Made by a program: the position numbers and the translations under genes. The notes under the pieces were generated by a model, which saw only the letters and a list, made by a program, of their open reading frames with translations, was not told where the DNA came from and did no database searches. A stretch of DNA of 64,000 nucleotides. Source: Naegleria gruberi (taxonomy: Eukaryota). Below are positions 31,464-42,445 of this stretch, in pieces; position 1 is the stretch's first letter, and the number at the start of each line of letters is the position of its first letter. Where the stretch lies: assembly GCA_000004985.1 (NCBI GenBank), contig GG738896.1. One strand, given 5' to 3'.

Positions 31464-32541
31464 TTACAAGATAAAATCTGTTTCAGTCTTAATTAGATTC
31501 TTACTTCCTTCCCACAATTCCAGTTGCTTGGAAACTTCGTAGGACTCATCAGAGGATGGAATAATTTCATTTCCATCATAGTAAACACCATTCGAAACCT
31601 TATCTAATTGTGGATTCACCAAATCGGCCAAATATCTCGAGGAGTTTGCGATTGGTTTTCTATATTTCTTGCCTTCTCCCTCAACAATCATATTGAAAAG
31701 CTTTGGATCCAAATATCTTGCCAAACTATTTCATGTTTTAACAATTCGAAACCAAACTGAAATACTTACGAAGTTTCTGGCATAAATCCTGGATTGAAAC
31801 AATTGACACGAAAATGATTCTTAAATTCATCAGACTTATCCAATCTGTTTTTCAATTCGTAAGTAAATAAAATGTTACACAACTTTGATGTGGCATATCT
31901 GCTATCTCTTTTTGGAGTTTCTTGTGGTGGAATAATGAGCTTGTCAACTGGGCCATAGGTTGGTACTGGAACTGGAGTTCCATTCTTTGGGTCTTCTTTT
32001 GTTTAGTACTGAATTAAGGAAATATTCGAAACTTACCATGAGTATCACTCGTAACGTTTACAATAGAATTAATTTCGTCATTTTTGGCGAAATGAGGAAT
32101 CAATAAATTGGTCAATAAGAAATGTCCCAAATGATTAACACCAAATACAATATCATATCCTTGTTTGGTTGTTGAAATATTTGGAGGTGCTTGAGTTGCA
32201 GCATTACAAATCAATGCTTTCAATGGTGGTAATTTTTCTTGATTGAAATTTGTTACAAAATTTCTGACAGAATCCAAATCTGCAAGATCCAACTCTATAA
32301 ATGTCAATCTACTAGCATACTCTTGATCAATTTCAACAATTTGTTGAATAGCTTGCTTTCCTTTTGATTCATCTCTGCATGCCAACACAACATGCCACTC
32401 ATCAATTTTATCACTCAACAAGTATTTGGTACTTTCAAAGCCAAGTCCACAATTAGCACCAGTAACAATGACTGTTCTCTTTCCTTTACTCATTTCTTGG
32501 AGTTTTTTTAATAAATTGTTTCTTGTTATCTCCGTAACCAT
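31464..32541 (-). CDS. short-chain dehydrogenase/reductase (SDR; retinol-dehydrogenase/POR-like); three exons
   Basis: Exon 1 (~32541..32037) has the TGANCGLGFE Rossmann motif, with the probable start at MSKGKRTVIVTG. Exon 2 (~31995..31769) encodes EDPKNGTPVP...RYATSKLCNILFTYEL, carrying the catalytic YxxxK. Exon 3 (~31725..31464) encodes LARYLDPKLFNMIVEGEGKKYRK.... The introns are 41 and ~44 nt with GTAAGT donors. Confidence 0.65.
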
Positions 32542-32889
32542 TCAGAGCGCTTTAAGATGGGCTAGAAAATATGCGCTACTGAAATGACCGCTCACTTTAT
32601 GGGTTTTTCTATTGGTCTGAATAATTCCTAGCACAAATTATGTACAAATTGATAATTAAGAGTCAATTCAATGATTCCGATATGATATCAAACCATCAAG
32701 TATTGAATGTACGTAAGTCCAGCTTACTTAGTGTGTTAATATTGAATTCTTTTAGTAGTTTGTGTAACAGCCATAAATTTGATCTCCAAAACAAACACTT
32801 GTTTGTGACGTGTCCATCATTATTTCACTATTTTTCATTATTCCCATAAAATTGATTCAGATCTTCTTCCTCAAGAGATTATAAAAAAA

Positions 32890-34515
32890 ATGTGTACACC
32901 AAAGGCAAAGTGTTCATTGTGTCCACAAATTCAATGCAATCATCTTCCTCAATATTGTGTCTATCATGCATGGAACCACTTGTCGTGCCATCAATGTAAT
33001 CAACCAATTGTTGAAATAATTCACAATTTAATCTTTTATTTCTATAGGAAAAGATCAACTGCAAGATCCGAAGAAGAAAACTCAGATCATGTTGATTCAA
33101 TTAAAGATGCAGAAATTGAATATTTAAATGAACAATCTTCCGTTTATGAAATTTTAAGTGAAAATTTCATGGGAATGGAAAACGTTTTTTCACAATTCCC
33201 AATTCTGTCAAGATATTGGATGGGAGAGGAATTGAGAAGTGCATTGAATGTATTGTTGAGATATTTCTCAGATCATGATGAAGAATTGAGAGCTTTGAAA
33301 TTGGCAGAATTTAAGAATGTCACTCTGGAATTGTTAGATAATTTCCTGAAGGAAAATCTGTCAGATCTATTTCTATATTTTGCTGTTCCAGATAATGGAA
33401 ATATTCAATGTATTGAATGTGTTGAAAGAGGTCAATTGCAAGTTGTGGAAGAATTGAGAAGTAAACCACAAGAACAAGCTCTTGCTCCAGAGGATAACAT
33501 TCAATTTCAATGGATGAATGATGATGAATTGGGAGTGGTATTCTCCTTTTTAGAGTTTCCATTTGATTTTCCTGTAATTTCTTTGACTTGTAAGAGATTG
33601 TATCATTTCTTGCATTATTCCTCCAATTTTTCATGGCTCAGTAATGTAGTGTTTCCTCCAAGAGGTCAACTTCAACTTTGCAGTGCTGGATCTAGCTTTA
33701 ATTTTGAATTTTTTATTCGAAACATGTTCAGGACATATAGAGGTCTCACTAATCTTTCGTCCATTTCCAAAATTTACAACTTTTTTGATTCTTACTATTT
33801 CACAAATGGTCTACTGATCAACAAGCTATTCAGTGAAAATTTGATCACAGAGACATGTCTTGACACTCTATTTATCCAGGACTATGGAACTTCAGGTTAT
33901 CTCACTTATTATTGGTTGAGAAAAATACGTAGCTCCAGGCGAGGTCCAATACGAAGGATTTCCATATTTGTCATGAGTGGAAGTAAGAGTTTATTCCAAC
34001 TAATGATTATTTACAATTACTTGAAAAACAATAATATGGATCAGGAATTGTTAATTGACCTGATAGGTCCTTATCATATTTCTCTTTCTCTTAAATTATC
34101 TAATGATGATTTGAATATTCAGGAAACAGGACTACCAATCAAAATGGCAAATACCTTACTCGAAAGTTTACCAGGAGATTCAGGTTCCATTTTACCAATG
34201 GTAACTCATTTGGATTATTTCTTCATGAAAGATTATTCTTGGTTGGAGAAACATCAAGTTTCGAATGGTTTGGTCATTCGGCAGGTATGGGTTGATAGTT
34301 ACATTCCAAATTATACTCAATTATTGAGGAATATGAAAGAGAGGGGAATAGTTATTCACAAAATAATTCTCCATCATGATTATTTGCATAAAGTAACCGA
34401 AACTGAACAAGAAGAGTTGCTATCAATTACAAGCAATATTGAGATTTGTAAACTTGCAAGCTTTCTGCCAGATCCACCTGTAGATAGATGGCCATTATCG
34501 AGTGTTATTCAGTAA
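32890..34515 (+). CDS. hypothetical protein with F-box-like segment
   Basis: 541-aa ORF. The segment WMNDDELGVVFSFLEFPFDFPVISLTCKRLYHFLH resembles an F-box. The N-terminal ~50 aa (Cys/His-rich) may be spurious or a separate exon. Confidence 0.4.
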   Translation: MCTPKAKCSLCPQIQCNHLPQYCVYHAWNHLSCHQCNQPIVEIIHNLIFYFYRKRSTARSEEENSDHVDSIKDAEIEYLNEQSSVYEILSENFMGMENVFSQFPILSRYWMGEELRSALNVLLRYFSDHDEELRALKLAEFKNVTLELLDNFLKENLSDLFLYFAVPDNGNIQCIECVERGQLQVVEELRSKPQEQALAPEDNIQFQWMNDDELGVVFSFLEFPFDFPVISLTCKRLYHFLHYSSNFSWLSNVVFPPRGQLQLCSAGSSFNFEFFIRNMFRTYRGLTNLSSISKIYNFFDSYYFTNGLLINKLFSENLITETCLDTLFIQDYGTSGYLTYYWLRKIRSSRRGPIRRISIFVMSGSKSLFQLMIIYNYLKNNNMDQELLIDLIGPYHISLSLKLSNDDLNIQETGLPIKMANTLLESLPGDSGSILPMVTHLDYFFMKDYSWLEKHQVSNGLVIRQVWVDSYIPNYTQLLRNMKERGIVIHKIILHHDYLHKVTETEQEELLSITSNIEICKLASFLPDPPVDRWPLSSVIQ

Positions 34516-34697
34516 TTCGTGGGATATCCAACGGAGCTACAAATCTGAACACCAAAGAACACGATTACAAAAATTTGATATGTAATTTCCTTTTATGAGT
34601 GTTTTTAAGCTCCTTTAGAAACACCTCATGACCATTTGCTACTAATATTTAAACTACTCAACCAAACGAATAACATGTTAAATATTATTGAAAAAAT

Positions 34698-35252
34698 ATG
34701 AAGAAACAATTGTTGCTAATCTGTTTAATTGGTTTAATTCTTGCTGTTACCTATCAACATGCAGTTGAAGCCAGAAGAAAAATCAACAAACCACTTGACA
34801 AGTTGATCAAGTCTATCATTAGAGTTATTGAAGAGGAAGAAAGCATGTCTGATTCTTACATTCTTCCATCCATTGCTGTTGCTGATACTGCCAAAGCACT
34901 TGTTGGTCGTTGTGTCAATATCATTAAGGGATCTACTGAAAATGGAAAGCCATGTTTCAGAACACCTTTCGAATTTGCAGCTGAAGCTTACAAACTTGTT
35001 GGAAAGTCAAATCTTCCACTTGATGAAGATGGTTACTATGAAAGTTCAAGTGTTAAAAAGGTACCAAGATATGGTGATTTCAATTATGGTGATGTTCTTG
35101 TTACTAATGGTGGAAATACTGTTGGTATTTATGTTGGAGATGGAAAGATTGTTTATGCAATTAAGGTTAATTTTGTTACCAAGGTTGAAATGACAACAAT
35201 TTCTGGATTCACTTCAAAGAGAGGTTTACCTACTGCTTTTGAAGTTGTTTAA
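34698..35252 (+). CDS. secreted NlpC/P60-like (papain-fold) protein with substituted catalytic His positions
   Basis: Signal peptide MKKQLLLICLIGLILAVTYQHAVEA. The C-terminal block LPLDEDGYY...YGDVLVTNGGNTVGIYVGDGKIVYA aligns to the NlpC/P60 pattern GDLVFF....HVGIYxGNGxxIHA with His->Thr and His->Tyr substitutions. The candidate Cys lies in GKPCFRTPFEF. Confidence 0.45.
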   Translation: MKKQLLLICLIGLILAVTYQHAVEARRKINKPLDKLIKSIIRVIEEEESMSDSYILPSIAVADTAKALVGRCVNIIKGSTENGKPCFRTPFEFAAEAYKLVGKSNLPLDEDGYYESSSVKKVPRYGDFNYGDVLVTNGGNTVGIYVGDGKIVYAIKVNFVTKVEMTTISGFTSKRGLPTAFEVV

Positions 35253-35326
35253 ATTAATATTTAAACATATTTGGAAATTACTCTTTTCAAAATAAAGTTA
35301 AATTTCCAAAATTAGCATCGAATTTA

Positions 35327-35683
35327 TTACTTATTTTGATATTTTGTGGTCATTGCATATTCAATAGCCTTTACAAGTGAATTACCAGTTGTGCATGTTC
35401 CAGCAGCTGCAGTAATTTCAAATCCACCAGTTAACACCGATTGAGCAGCTGCAGCAGCCACACCAGTCAATCCTGCCAAAACATTCGATATTATGGCACT
35501 ATCCATTGAACTTTGATAAGTAGCACACAAACTATCCTCTTCTGCATCATAAATGATACATGTATAGTTCCAGGATTTTGCATTTTCAAATCCTAATTTT
35601 GCTTCCTCAAAAATGTCGGTGTCTGTTTCAATGTAGGGCGTATTGCCAACTGATCGATAGGTTACTACTTTATATTTTCCCAT
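35327..35683 (-). CDS. small hypothetical protein (118 aa) with Gly/Ala/Thr-rich C-terminal half
   Basis: ORF MGKYKVVTYRSVGNTPYIETD...AGLTGVAAAAAQSVLTGGFEITAAAGTCTTGNSL. No domain recognised. It is convergent with the NlpC/P60-like gene. Confidence 0.35.
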   Translation of the reverse strand: MGKYKVVTYRSVGNTPYIETDTDIFEEAKLGFENAKSWNYTCIIYDAEEDSLCATYQSSMDSAIISNVLAGLTGVAAAAAQSVLTGGFEITAAAGTCTTGNSLVKAIEYAMTTKYQNK

Positions 35684-35851
35684 TGTCAGTAGTACTAGTT
35701 GAATTGTTTTTTTTTTAATAATTCAATTTCAAGATTTTCAGTTTTGGGATTTTACCTTATTTGGAATATGATTAAAACAGAATTGAACGCATGTAGAAAG
35801 ATAGTTTTTGTTTCATTGATTCAAATTCCATATTCCATTTAACAAATTATT

Positions 35852-36997
35852 TTACAAATTAAGAATTTTAAGAGAGGATAGAGCTGACAAATAATTAACT
35901 CCTAATTTTGTAATTCTATTATTATCCAAATATAGAGCTGTTAAATTGGAAAGTTTGTGAAAATCTTTCAAACTTTCATCAGATATTAAATTATTAGAAA
36001 GTTTTAAAATCCTCAAACTTGTTACTGAACTTAAATATTCAACTTTTTGAATGGAACAGAAAGATAAATCCAATTCTGTCAAATTAATCAAATTTACAAA
36101 ATTAGAAAGTCCATTTCCAGTAATATCTCGCCTATCATTGCTACAACCGTTGAGTTTTAGAACTGTCAAGTTTCTAAAATTGGAGAAAAATTCCAGCAAT
36201 TCATCGTTCCAATCCCAAAGACACCTACATTCGAACTTTTTCAAATTTACAATGGAAGTGAGAAATTTCAACTCTTCATCAGTATTACTAAAATAACCCA
36301 TTTTCAAATCAGTTAAATTTTCAAATTTACAACCACCATGCAATGTCAATTCGAAAAGTTCAACATCAAGTTGTTGTAAAGTTTTACAAAATTTGCTTTC
36401 AAGAATTGAATTCCATGACGATTCAGACATTGAACTGAGAATGCTCAATTTCTCTAATGGCCAATCTACTTCATTAAATTTCAAATTCATTGCTTCTCCA
36501 TTCGAAATTGTCAATGATTTGATTTTTGAATGATGACATTTCAAAAATTCGCCTCCAAATTGAAAATTGTGTAATTCCAAGCTTTGTAAACTTTCAATTT
36601 TCATGAATTTTTCCAAAAGATTATAGCTACCATCGTTGTAAATGATTAATTCTTGCAGATTAGTCAATTTTGAAACAATTAATTGTTCTAAATTAGCCAA
36701 CCTCTTTCTCCTTTCCATTTCCTCCACTAAAAAGTTTAAACTAAACGATTCGATTGTTGCCGAAAATTTAGTAACCAAGTGTAACTTGTTAGAATCCATC
36801 AATTTTCGTTTTGCATCATTTTCCGATCCATCATAATTGATCATGAAATAATGAGGTCGAATGCTTTGATAATTTTCATTCCAATCTCTGCAAACTAATC
36901 TAACAGATGATAAAATCCACAAATAATCACAATAGGATAGAATTTCAAAAAAGATTACATTTATAGGAAGCTCTGATAAGTTTCCCTGTTTTAACAT
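35852..36997 (-). CDS. F-box-like / leucine-rich-repeat protein
   Basis: N-terminal INVIFFEILSYCDYLWILSSVRLVCRDWNENY (F-box-like), then LRRs (LTELDLSFCSIQKVEYLSSVTSLRILKLSNNLISDESL..LTALYLDNNRITKLG). Confidence 0.55.
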   Translation of the reverse strand: MLKQGNLSELPINVIFFEILSYCDYLWILSSVRLVCRDWNENYQSIRPHYFMINYDGSENDAKRKLMDSNKLHLVTKFSATIESFSLNFLVEEMERRKRLANLEQLIVSKLTNLQELIIYNDGSYNLLEKFMKIESLQSLELHNFQFGGEFLKCHHSKIKSLTISNGEAMNLKFNEVDWPLEKLSILSSMSESSWNSILESKFCKTLQQLDVELFELTLHGGCKFENLTDLKMGYFSNTDEELKFLTSIVNLKKFECRCLWDWNDELLEFFSNFRNLTVLKLNGCSNDRRDITGNGLSNFVNLINLTELDLSFCSIQKVEYLSSVTSLRILKLSNNLISDESLKDFHKLSNLTALYLDNNRITKLGVNYLSALSSLKILNL

Positions 36998-37039
36998 AGT
37001 TGATGCAAACGAATTTTTTTTGGAATTTAAATAATTATT

Positions 37040-38008
<969 letters not shown>

Positions 38009-39906
38009 AAAATCTAAGGAATATTGGAAGTATTACATGTGATTTTCTTATTATTATGTTATTAAACATCAAAACCTTTCTTTTGCAGTATGCAAAAAAT
38101 GAAGGAACACTAGGTGAAAAACCAATGATTCGGAGTTTGTTGATTTTCAACATGGTTTCACATCATCAAATAATGAAACCAACACATCATCATCTGGACA
38201 TCATCTAAGTAATAGTATTTGTGGAATTTTTAATTATTGGATTATTATCATTAAATTGGAAATGTTTTTTCAAGTTGAAAGTTTTATGAAATGGATTACC
38301 ATCATAAAGCATACCAACCATCCATATGGTGCCATTCATCATCAAAATATAATAGTAATGGTTGTGGAAATACATCTTGTAATAGTTAATAGATTCAATT
38401 TTTATAAATAAATATAATTTTTATTATATATAATATATATATTATATATAAAATCATCATCACTGGTCGATCTAATGGGAAAGATGGAAAACCAGCAATC
38501 TATCATTGTTCGGAATGATGAATAATAGGTTATGCAAATTTCTCCAGTGACTTTGTACCAAGAAATCATAGTATTAGGTTCATGTCAAATTTCACAATAT
38601 GTGCATGTGCCGTAGCTCAACATGTACTTCACCAACTTGGAAAATTTCTTCGAATAGTATTGTTCAAAATGACCTCCAACAACATTGTCATTATCGAATT
38701 TTTGATTTGATTGGTGGTTATGGAGATGAGAAAATTTCAAAATTTCCTTCATCAATTATTGGCTTGATTTCTCAAATTAAATCAACCAATTATTTACAAC
38801 AACACTATCATAGTATTAACAATAAATATTGTTAATAGTTTTTCTTCAATTTTTTTGAAATTTGCCTTAATTAAGATTTCTAAAATTTTATTAAGAATTG
38901 TTTCATTCAATTTTTATCCCACAAGCAATTATACAATGAACTGTAGATATATTGAATATAATAATTCATTCATTGAAATTTGCAATTCTAATCATGCAGA
39001 AACAGTTCTTAATTAACAAGTAGATCTACTGTTTCCCATGCATGATCTTGTTATTGAGTATGTACAGGAAAGTTCTAAACGAAACATTGGATGAAACTAA
39101 GGAATCAACAAAGTTTTTAAATTTTCCGTAATCTTTCTCTTCACGTTATCTAAAAAGAAGAAGGAGTTAGTCCAACTTCTTCGCTGGCATGATATGCCGC
39201 TATTCATTGATTGGTTTCTTGTTAAATTCATTGTAAACTAAACTAATGTTAGACAATGTCCCAAACACAAAACAATCAAGAAATCAAATGACAGTAAACT
39301 TCTTGTGGGCACTCAACTTACCTTCTTGGTACTGTTTTAATATGCCACCAAATAAATCCACATACATAAACTCACCATTTAATCGCTTTCGAATAATTAT
39401 TTGTTGCCAATGTTGGTTTATTGCATGTTGCATCTCTCGAAAATTTACTGAAACAAACGATTAATTGATTTATGGCAGTGTCCACTACTACCAAAAGACA
39501 AAACGCAGTTTTTGCTGATTGTTGACTGCTTGCTTTCTAATAATGCCGTATGAGCAAAACGATACCAAATGTGAAACTACTCCTTTCGAATAATTGCCTT
39601 CTCAAAGGTAACGTTTGTCATCAATCCTCATTTAAACCTCAATGGTAAGGTCCACCAAGCTTTTAAATGACTTATTTCTGACAAGTAGTGCGATACCTCA
39701 TGAAGCAACGTTTCGCTTTTTGTTACCCAAACATGAATTTAACAAAGGTTGTTGAGGGAGCGAAATGTTGTTTCGACCAGTTTCTTGTAAGTTTCGTATA
39801 TTTGTTTTTGCTTCAAATGTACCTCTCAGCAAGCGAAAACGCAAATTGTTGAAGTAAAAAACAAAACAATTCACAATCCACACTCTCTTCAAAGGAGACG
39901 AAACTT

Positions 39907-41433
39907 TTGAAAATGAACAGCTCTCAAGTTTTCACATCCCAAGTTGACTCGTCAATTATTCCTATTGATGTTGCAAATGTTGTTGTTGGAAATGATGAAG
40001 ACGATTTTTATAAAGCATTCGGTTCGTTTAGTTATGATGCTGAGTTGAATGTTGCCACAAATTGTGATGATAATCTTCAGTTGACCAACAATTTGTTTCC
40101 ACAAACATGCCACCCACTTTCTAATACCCTTTCGAATAATAATACTAACTGTAAAATCACAAAGCATCCACATAATAACCATGCAGATGATATCATTGAA
40201 CAAGAATCATTTAACTTTCTAACTGCCCTGACCGAAACTCATGATCACAACCAAACTAATCTTTCAGAATTTGTGAACAACAATCAACAACCCCATGACC
40301 CATCACTGTCCACACCACCTACCACATGCAACGAATCATCAAATCATTCACCAATCAGCAACAAATCAACCGTTCACAATAATAATGGGTCAACCAACAC
40401 CACCACCTCAACAGGTCCAGTTTCCATCTCTGCAATTACTGGTCGTCCACTTTATCCAAGACAACGACATACAGGAAGTACTCGTTGTGCCAATTGTAAT
40501 ATTGATCAAACTCCAATGTGGAGAAAGGGATTGCATGGTGAAATTTTGTGTAACAAGTGTGGACTCTATCTCACCAGACATGGAAAGGAAAGACCATTGA
40601 ATTTACAACAACAACAGCAACAACAATTGGATTCTGAGGAGGTGATGGTAGCAAGTACTGTTGCAGTGTCATCAGCAGAGGAGAAGGTAAATTCTGGTCA
40701 ATCAAGGAAAAGAAGAAATAAGGTAGCTAGTGAAAAGAAGGAAAAGAAGGAAAAGAAGGAAAGAAAGTCAAATAGTGAAAAGACGAAACGTTGTAATTTA
40801 AAGAATTGTGAAAATAAGGCAAAAAAGAAGAAAGGAAATGGTTCAGATTTCGAATTCAGTTCTCAAAGTCCAATTTTAAATGCTGCCATTCTTGATTGTA
40901 ATCAGGAATTTAAGATTTCAAGTCCAATCCAAACAGTTTCTAATCAATTAGTGGCCTCTCCAACTAATTCTTGCTGGAATGGTGCAACTAATGTTCACAC
41001 AATCATCTCACCAACCAGCACTCCTTCCCAAACACCAACCATGATTTATAAGAATGACCAACCAATCATGAATGTAATTCCAAATGATTGGATTCTTAAT
41101 CAACTAAGCACATGCACTCAATCAGTCATGCAAAAACAAGTATGGCCAAGCTATACAGTTCAACAATCAAATCCCAACACTGTTATCTATTCAATAGAAC
41201 CGAATCAAAGTTATCAACCATGGAATAATTACTTTACACTTGATAATTCTCCAGTATTTCAATCTGAAGATCAACAACTCTTTAATAACTTTTTCACTGA
41301 CAACCATTTTTTGAATCAATCTCAACAGACAATTCACAACCCTCAATATCACCACACTGATTTGTTTGCATTAAAATTGGATCAGCATGAGCTTATTAGT
41401 GAATTAATGTCAGACTTTCAATTTATCCAATAA
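39907..41433 (+). CDS. GATA-type zinc-finger transcription factor
   Basis: C-x2-C-x17-C-x2-C finger CANCNIDQTPMWRKGLHGEILCNKCGLYLTRHGKERP at ~40486..40590. There is a poly-Q tract, a KEKKEKKEKKERK basic tract and a Ser/Thr/Asn-rich low-complexity remainder. Confidence 0.75.
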   Translation: MKMNSSQVFTSQVDSSIIPIDVANVVVGNDEDDFYKAFGSFSYDAELNVATNCDDNLQLTNNLFPQTCHPLSNTLSNNNTNCKITKHPHNNHADDIIEQESFNFLTALTETHDHNQTNLSEFVNNNQQPHDPSLSTPPTTCNESSNHSPISNKSTVHNNNGSTNTTTSTGPVSISAITGRPLYPRQRHTGSTRCANCNIDQTPMWRKGLHGEILCNKCGLYLTRHGKERPLNLQQQQQQQLDSEEVMVASTVAVSSAEEKVNSGQSRKRRNKVASEKKEKKEKKERKSNSEKTKRCNLKNCENKAKKKKGNGSDFEFSSQSPILNAAILDCNQEFKISSPIQTVSNQLVASPTNSCWNGATNVHTIISPTSTPSQTPTMIYKNDQPIMNVIPNDWILNQLSTCTQSVMQKQVWPSYTVQQSNPNTVIYSIEPNQSYQPWNNYFTLDNSPVFQSEDQQLFNNFFTDNHFLNQSQQTIHNPQYHHTDLFALKLDQHELISELMSDFQFIQ

Positions 41434-41594
41434 ATTTTTGACTTGATTTAGTTCTTAATTGGATCACATGGTGGTGCTTGTTCGAAGGATTACTTTGTAA
41501 CTTTCTTCAAATAAATTTGCTAATATGGAATTTATGCGAAGGAAGAAAATGTATTCTCATCAAAGAACAATTCACAATCACTAACAACATGAAT

Positions 41595-41665
41595 GCGTCG
41601 ATGGTTTAGTGGTAGAATACGGCGTTGCCATCGCCGTGACCCGGGTTCAATTCCCGGTCGACGCA
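41595..41665 (+). tRNA. tRNA-Gly (anticodon GCC)
   Basis: Perfect 7-bp acceptor stem GCGTCGA/TCGACGC, D-arm GTTT-AGTGGTA-GAAT, anticodon arm CGGCG-TTGCCAT-CGCCG, T-arm CCGGG-TTCAATT-CCCGG. It resembles the usual eukaryotic tRNA-Gly-GCC framework and is followed by TTTTTT at 41674. Confidence 0.85.
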
Positions 41666-41673
41666 TGAATTAT

Positions 41674-41684
41674 TTTTTATTTTG
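41674..41684 (+). terminator. Pol III terminator T-run downstream of tRNA-Gly
   Basis: TTTTTTATTTT shortly after the 3' end. Confidence 0.4.
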
Positions 41685-41925
41685 ATGATTTTTTGATTTC
41701 ATGTCATAAATTTTGTTCGTCCAAATCTCGACATGTTATTCTACTATATTCTCTTGTTTAACGAAATTTTGTTTAGTATTCATCGAGATATTAAGCTCTG
41801 GATCCATACCATATTTCTATCTAAAAATGTCAAAATAAAAATAATTTGATATGTTACAAAAAATGTGACAATCTCCATCTTTTTATAACATTACTTGATA
41901 TTAACTGTAAGAATAAAGATGAATC

Positions 41926-42156
41926 TCATCCACCTCTCCAACTCAAAGCCAAGTAAATGGTACTATCCTGTTTCATTTCATAATCTTGAATTGTTTTTCC
42001 ATCTTCAAGTTTTTTGCCATTTAAAATCAATCGTTGACTTGGTGGAGGTATTCCTTGTTTTTCATTCACCAGTTCTTTAATTTTTTCGATAGAGTCTGTG
42101 CATTCAACGTCGATAGGGAAGGAATGACCTGATAGGGTCTTGATAAATAGTTGCAT
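41926..42156 (-). CDS. divergent 76-aa ubiquitin-like modifier ending in Gly-Gly-stop
   Basis: MQLFIKTLSGHSFPIDVECTDSIEKIKELVNEKQGIPPPSQRLILNGKKLEDGKTIQDYEMKQDSTIYLALSWRGG. It has ubiquitin length and the beta-grasp signature positions, about 50% identical to the ubiquitin encoded elsewhere in this window. The terminal GG lies directly before the stop codon. Confidence 0.6.
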   Translation of the reverse strand: MQLFIKTLSGHSFPIDVECTDSIEKIKELVNEKQGIPPPSQRLILNGKKLEDGKTIQDYEMKQDSTIYLALSWRGG

Positions 42157-42260
42157 TTTTTATTGTGTTTTTAGGATAATAATAATCATGAACTTTGTTT
42201 AAATAGTTCAGCTCTGAACAAGGAAATTACAAAACCTACAACTGAACACGAAACATGAAT

Positions 42261-42323
42261 CGCCCACCGTGGCACGACCATAAGGTTAAGAGCCTTGCGC
42301 TCTGCCGACTGAGCTAGACGGGC
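42261..42323 (-). pseudogene. tRNA-Lys(CUU)-like pseudogene lacking the T-loop
   Basis: Minus strand reads GCCCGTCTAGCTCAGTCGGCAGAGCGCAAGGCTCTTAACCTTATGGTCGTGCCACGGTGGGCG. The acceptor, D-arm and anticodon arm (loop CTCTTAA) are intact apart from one mismatch. About 10 nt of the T-arm (GGTTCGAGCC-equivalent) is missing, so no T stem-loop can form. The 3' acceptor strand GGTGGGC still pairs with the 5' strand. Confidence 0.5.
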
Positions 42324-42445
42324 TACATTCATTAAAAAAACAATTCATTGATATTCATCTCCCGAATAGCAAGGTTTTGACACATTTTCAAATAGGTTTT
42401 TTTCAAATAAGCAATGAGAGGAAAGGATTGCATTCAAAGAAGATA

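Noticed and set aside
38400-38460. TA-rich simple-sequence tract (ATATATAATATATATATTATATATA) as a regulatory element or origin
   Set aside because: It is an ordinary AT microsatellite in an already very AT-rich intergenic region, with no flanking structure to suggest function.
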